Shown here: piece after piece, positions 62,973 to 64,000 of the stretch
How positions within the stretch are numbered: the stretch's first letter is position 1
Layout: the number at the start of each line of letters is the position of its first letter
Assembly (NCBI RefSeq): GCF_009914755.1
Contig: NC_060947.1
Strand: one strand, 5' to 3'
From: the human T2T-CHM13v2.0 reference genome, Homo sapiens
Length of the DNA: 64,000 bases
The notes under the pieces: model-generated
What the model saw: the letters and a program-made list of their open reading frames with translations, nothing else
Told to the model about the DNA's origin: nothing
Databases searched by the model: none
Made by a program: the position numbers and the translations under genes

Positions 62973-63837
62973 ATATATGTTTTTTCTGTAAAGACTGGGG
63001 GGCTTATGAGAGTAAGAGTTATATTTTGTTTATTTGTTTATTAGAAGGTCAAATATCACTGTGTTTACATCTCCAGTTAAAGTCTATTACATCCACTTTT
63101 ATTGCATGCATGCTACTGGATGCGATGGCCAGAGAGTGGAAGTCGGATTTGTATGAAGGAGAAGGAACAATATCTGGTAATTGGTTGAAGACTGGGCACT
63201 GATAAAGGAGCAGCAGTAAGATGCATAGTGGAAAAGAAGATTCAGCAGAATCTATGAATCAGAGCCACAGAAAATTAGCAAAAACTTAAATTCCCAGGAT
63301 ATGCAGAAATATCAGATTAATATATTAGAGTCCCATGACAACTGTCCTTTTAAGGCAAATTTACCAGGACCGTAAGGGGAGGGTAATTCCAGTTGACATC
63401 TAGATGTCAATGAGAACTAAATGATATGCTTTAAATTTTGAAAATGATCCATTTAAGGTAAATATAAACAAGAACAAAGGGATGTAGACTGCTATTTTAT
63501 GTAGGCCATGTTTATTTTGTCTACCACTTTAACTTGCATATGTTAAGCAATATGCTAAATATCTGCTTAATGAAAAAACAGGAAGTGAAGGAGGGAAGGA
63601 AGAAAGGAAAGAATGAAGGGAGAGAGGGAGGGAGGAGCTAGGGAATGTAACTTATGGAAAACATTTTGAACAGGGCTTTAGTCTAGAGTAAAAAAAAAAG
63701 GTCCAATTAGAAAGATTTATTTAGGGATTTGGGGAATGTCATGAAGTGTTAGGTACAACCCTAATTTATGAATGTAAGATTATGTTGTTTAATAACATAT
63801 CCCTCAGTGGTCCTCTAAAACAAAATTGAGCATTGTC

Positions 63838-63960
63838 CCAAATTCATTTATTCATGCATTTTCTAAATATTTTTAAACATCCACTGTGCAGGAAGTGTTC
63901 TCTAAATGTTGTGGAGGACAAGTGGTCTTTGCCTTTAAGGAGTTTGTAATCTAGGCCTAC
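63838..63960 (-). mobile_element. L2 3' end
   Basis: ttcatttattcatgcatt...ggtctttgcctttaaggagtttgtaatctagg. Confidence 0.65.
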
Positions 63961-64000
63961 ACACACGTGCACACAATTTAAATGGTTTAAGAGAACAAAA

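Overview
This is AT-rich primate (human-like) genomic DNA, most of it interspersed repeats. I recognise no protein-coding exon, RNA gene or CpG island. Most of the longer ORFs in the track are decayed L1 ORF1/ORF2, Alu or LTR frames; the rest are short, unrecognisable frames. The main content is four large LINE-1 relics (L1PB-like about 410-4803, L1MA2-like 4804-10953, L1MA3-like 23559-28793, L1PA15/16-like on the minus strand 53646-59211) and a young 5'-inverted L1PA2-type fragment with intact TSDs. There are also four Alus, many MaLR/ERV solo LTRs, DNA transposon relics and MIR/L2/L3 fragments. I find no support for a novel gene system. The most notable signals are rearrangement and repair scars: two short, locally templated insertions, chimeric L1 junctions, an orphan LTR terminus at a 2.4-kb deletion breakpoint, and a tiny Alu tail inserted inside another Alu. 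Subfamily names come from recalled consensus motifs, not a database search, and boundaries of old repeats are approximate.
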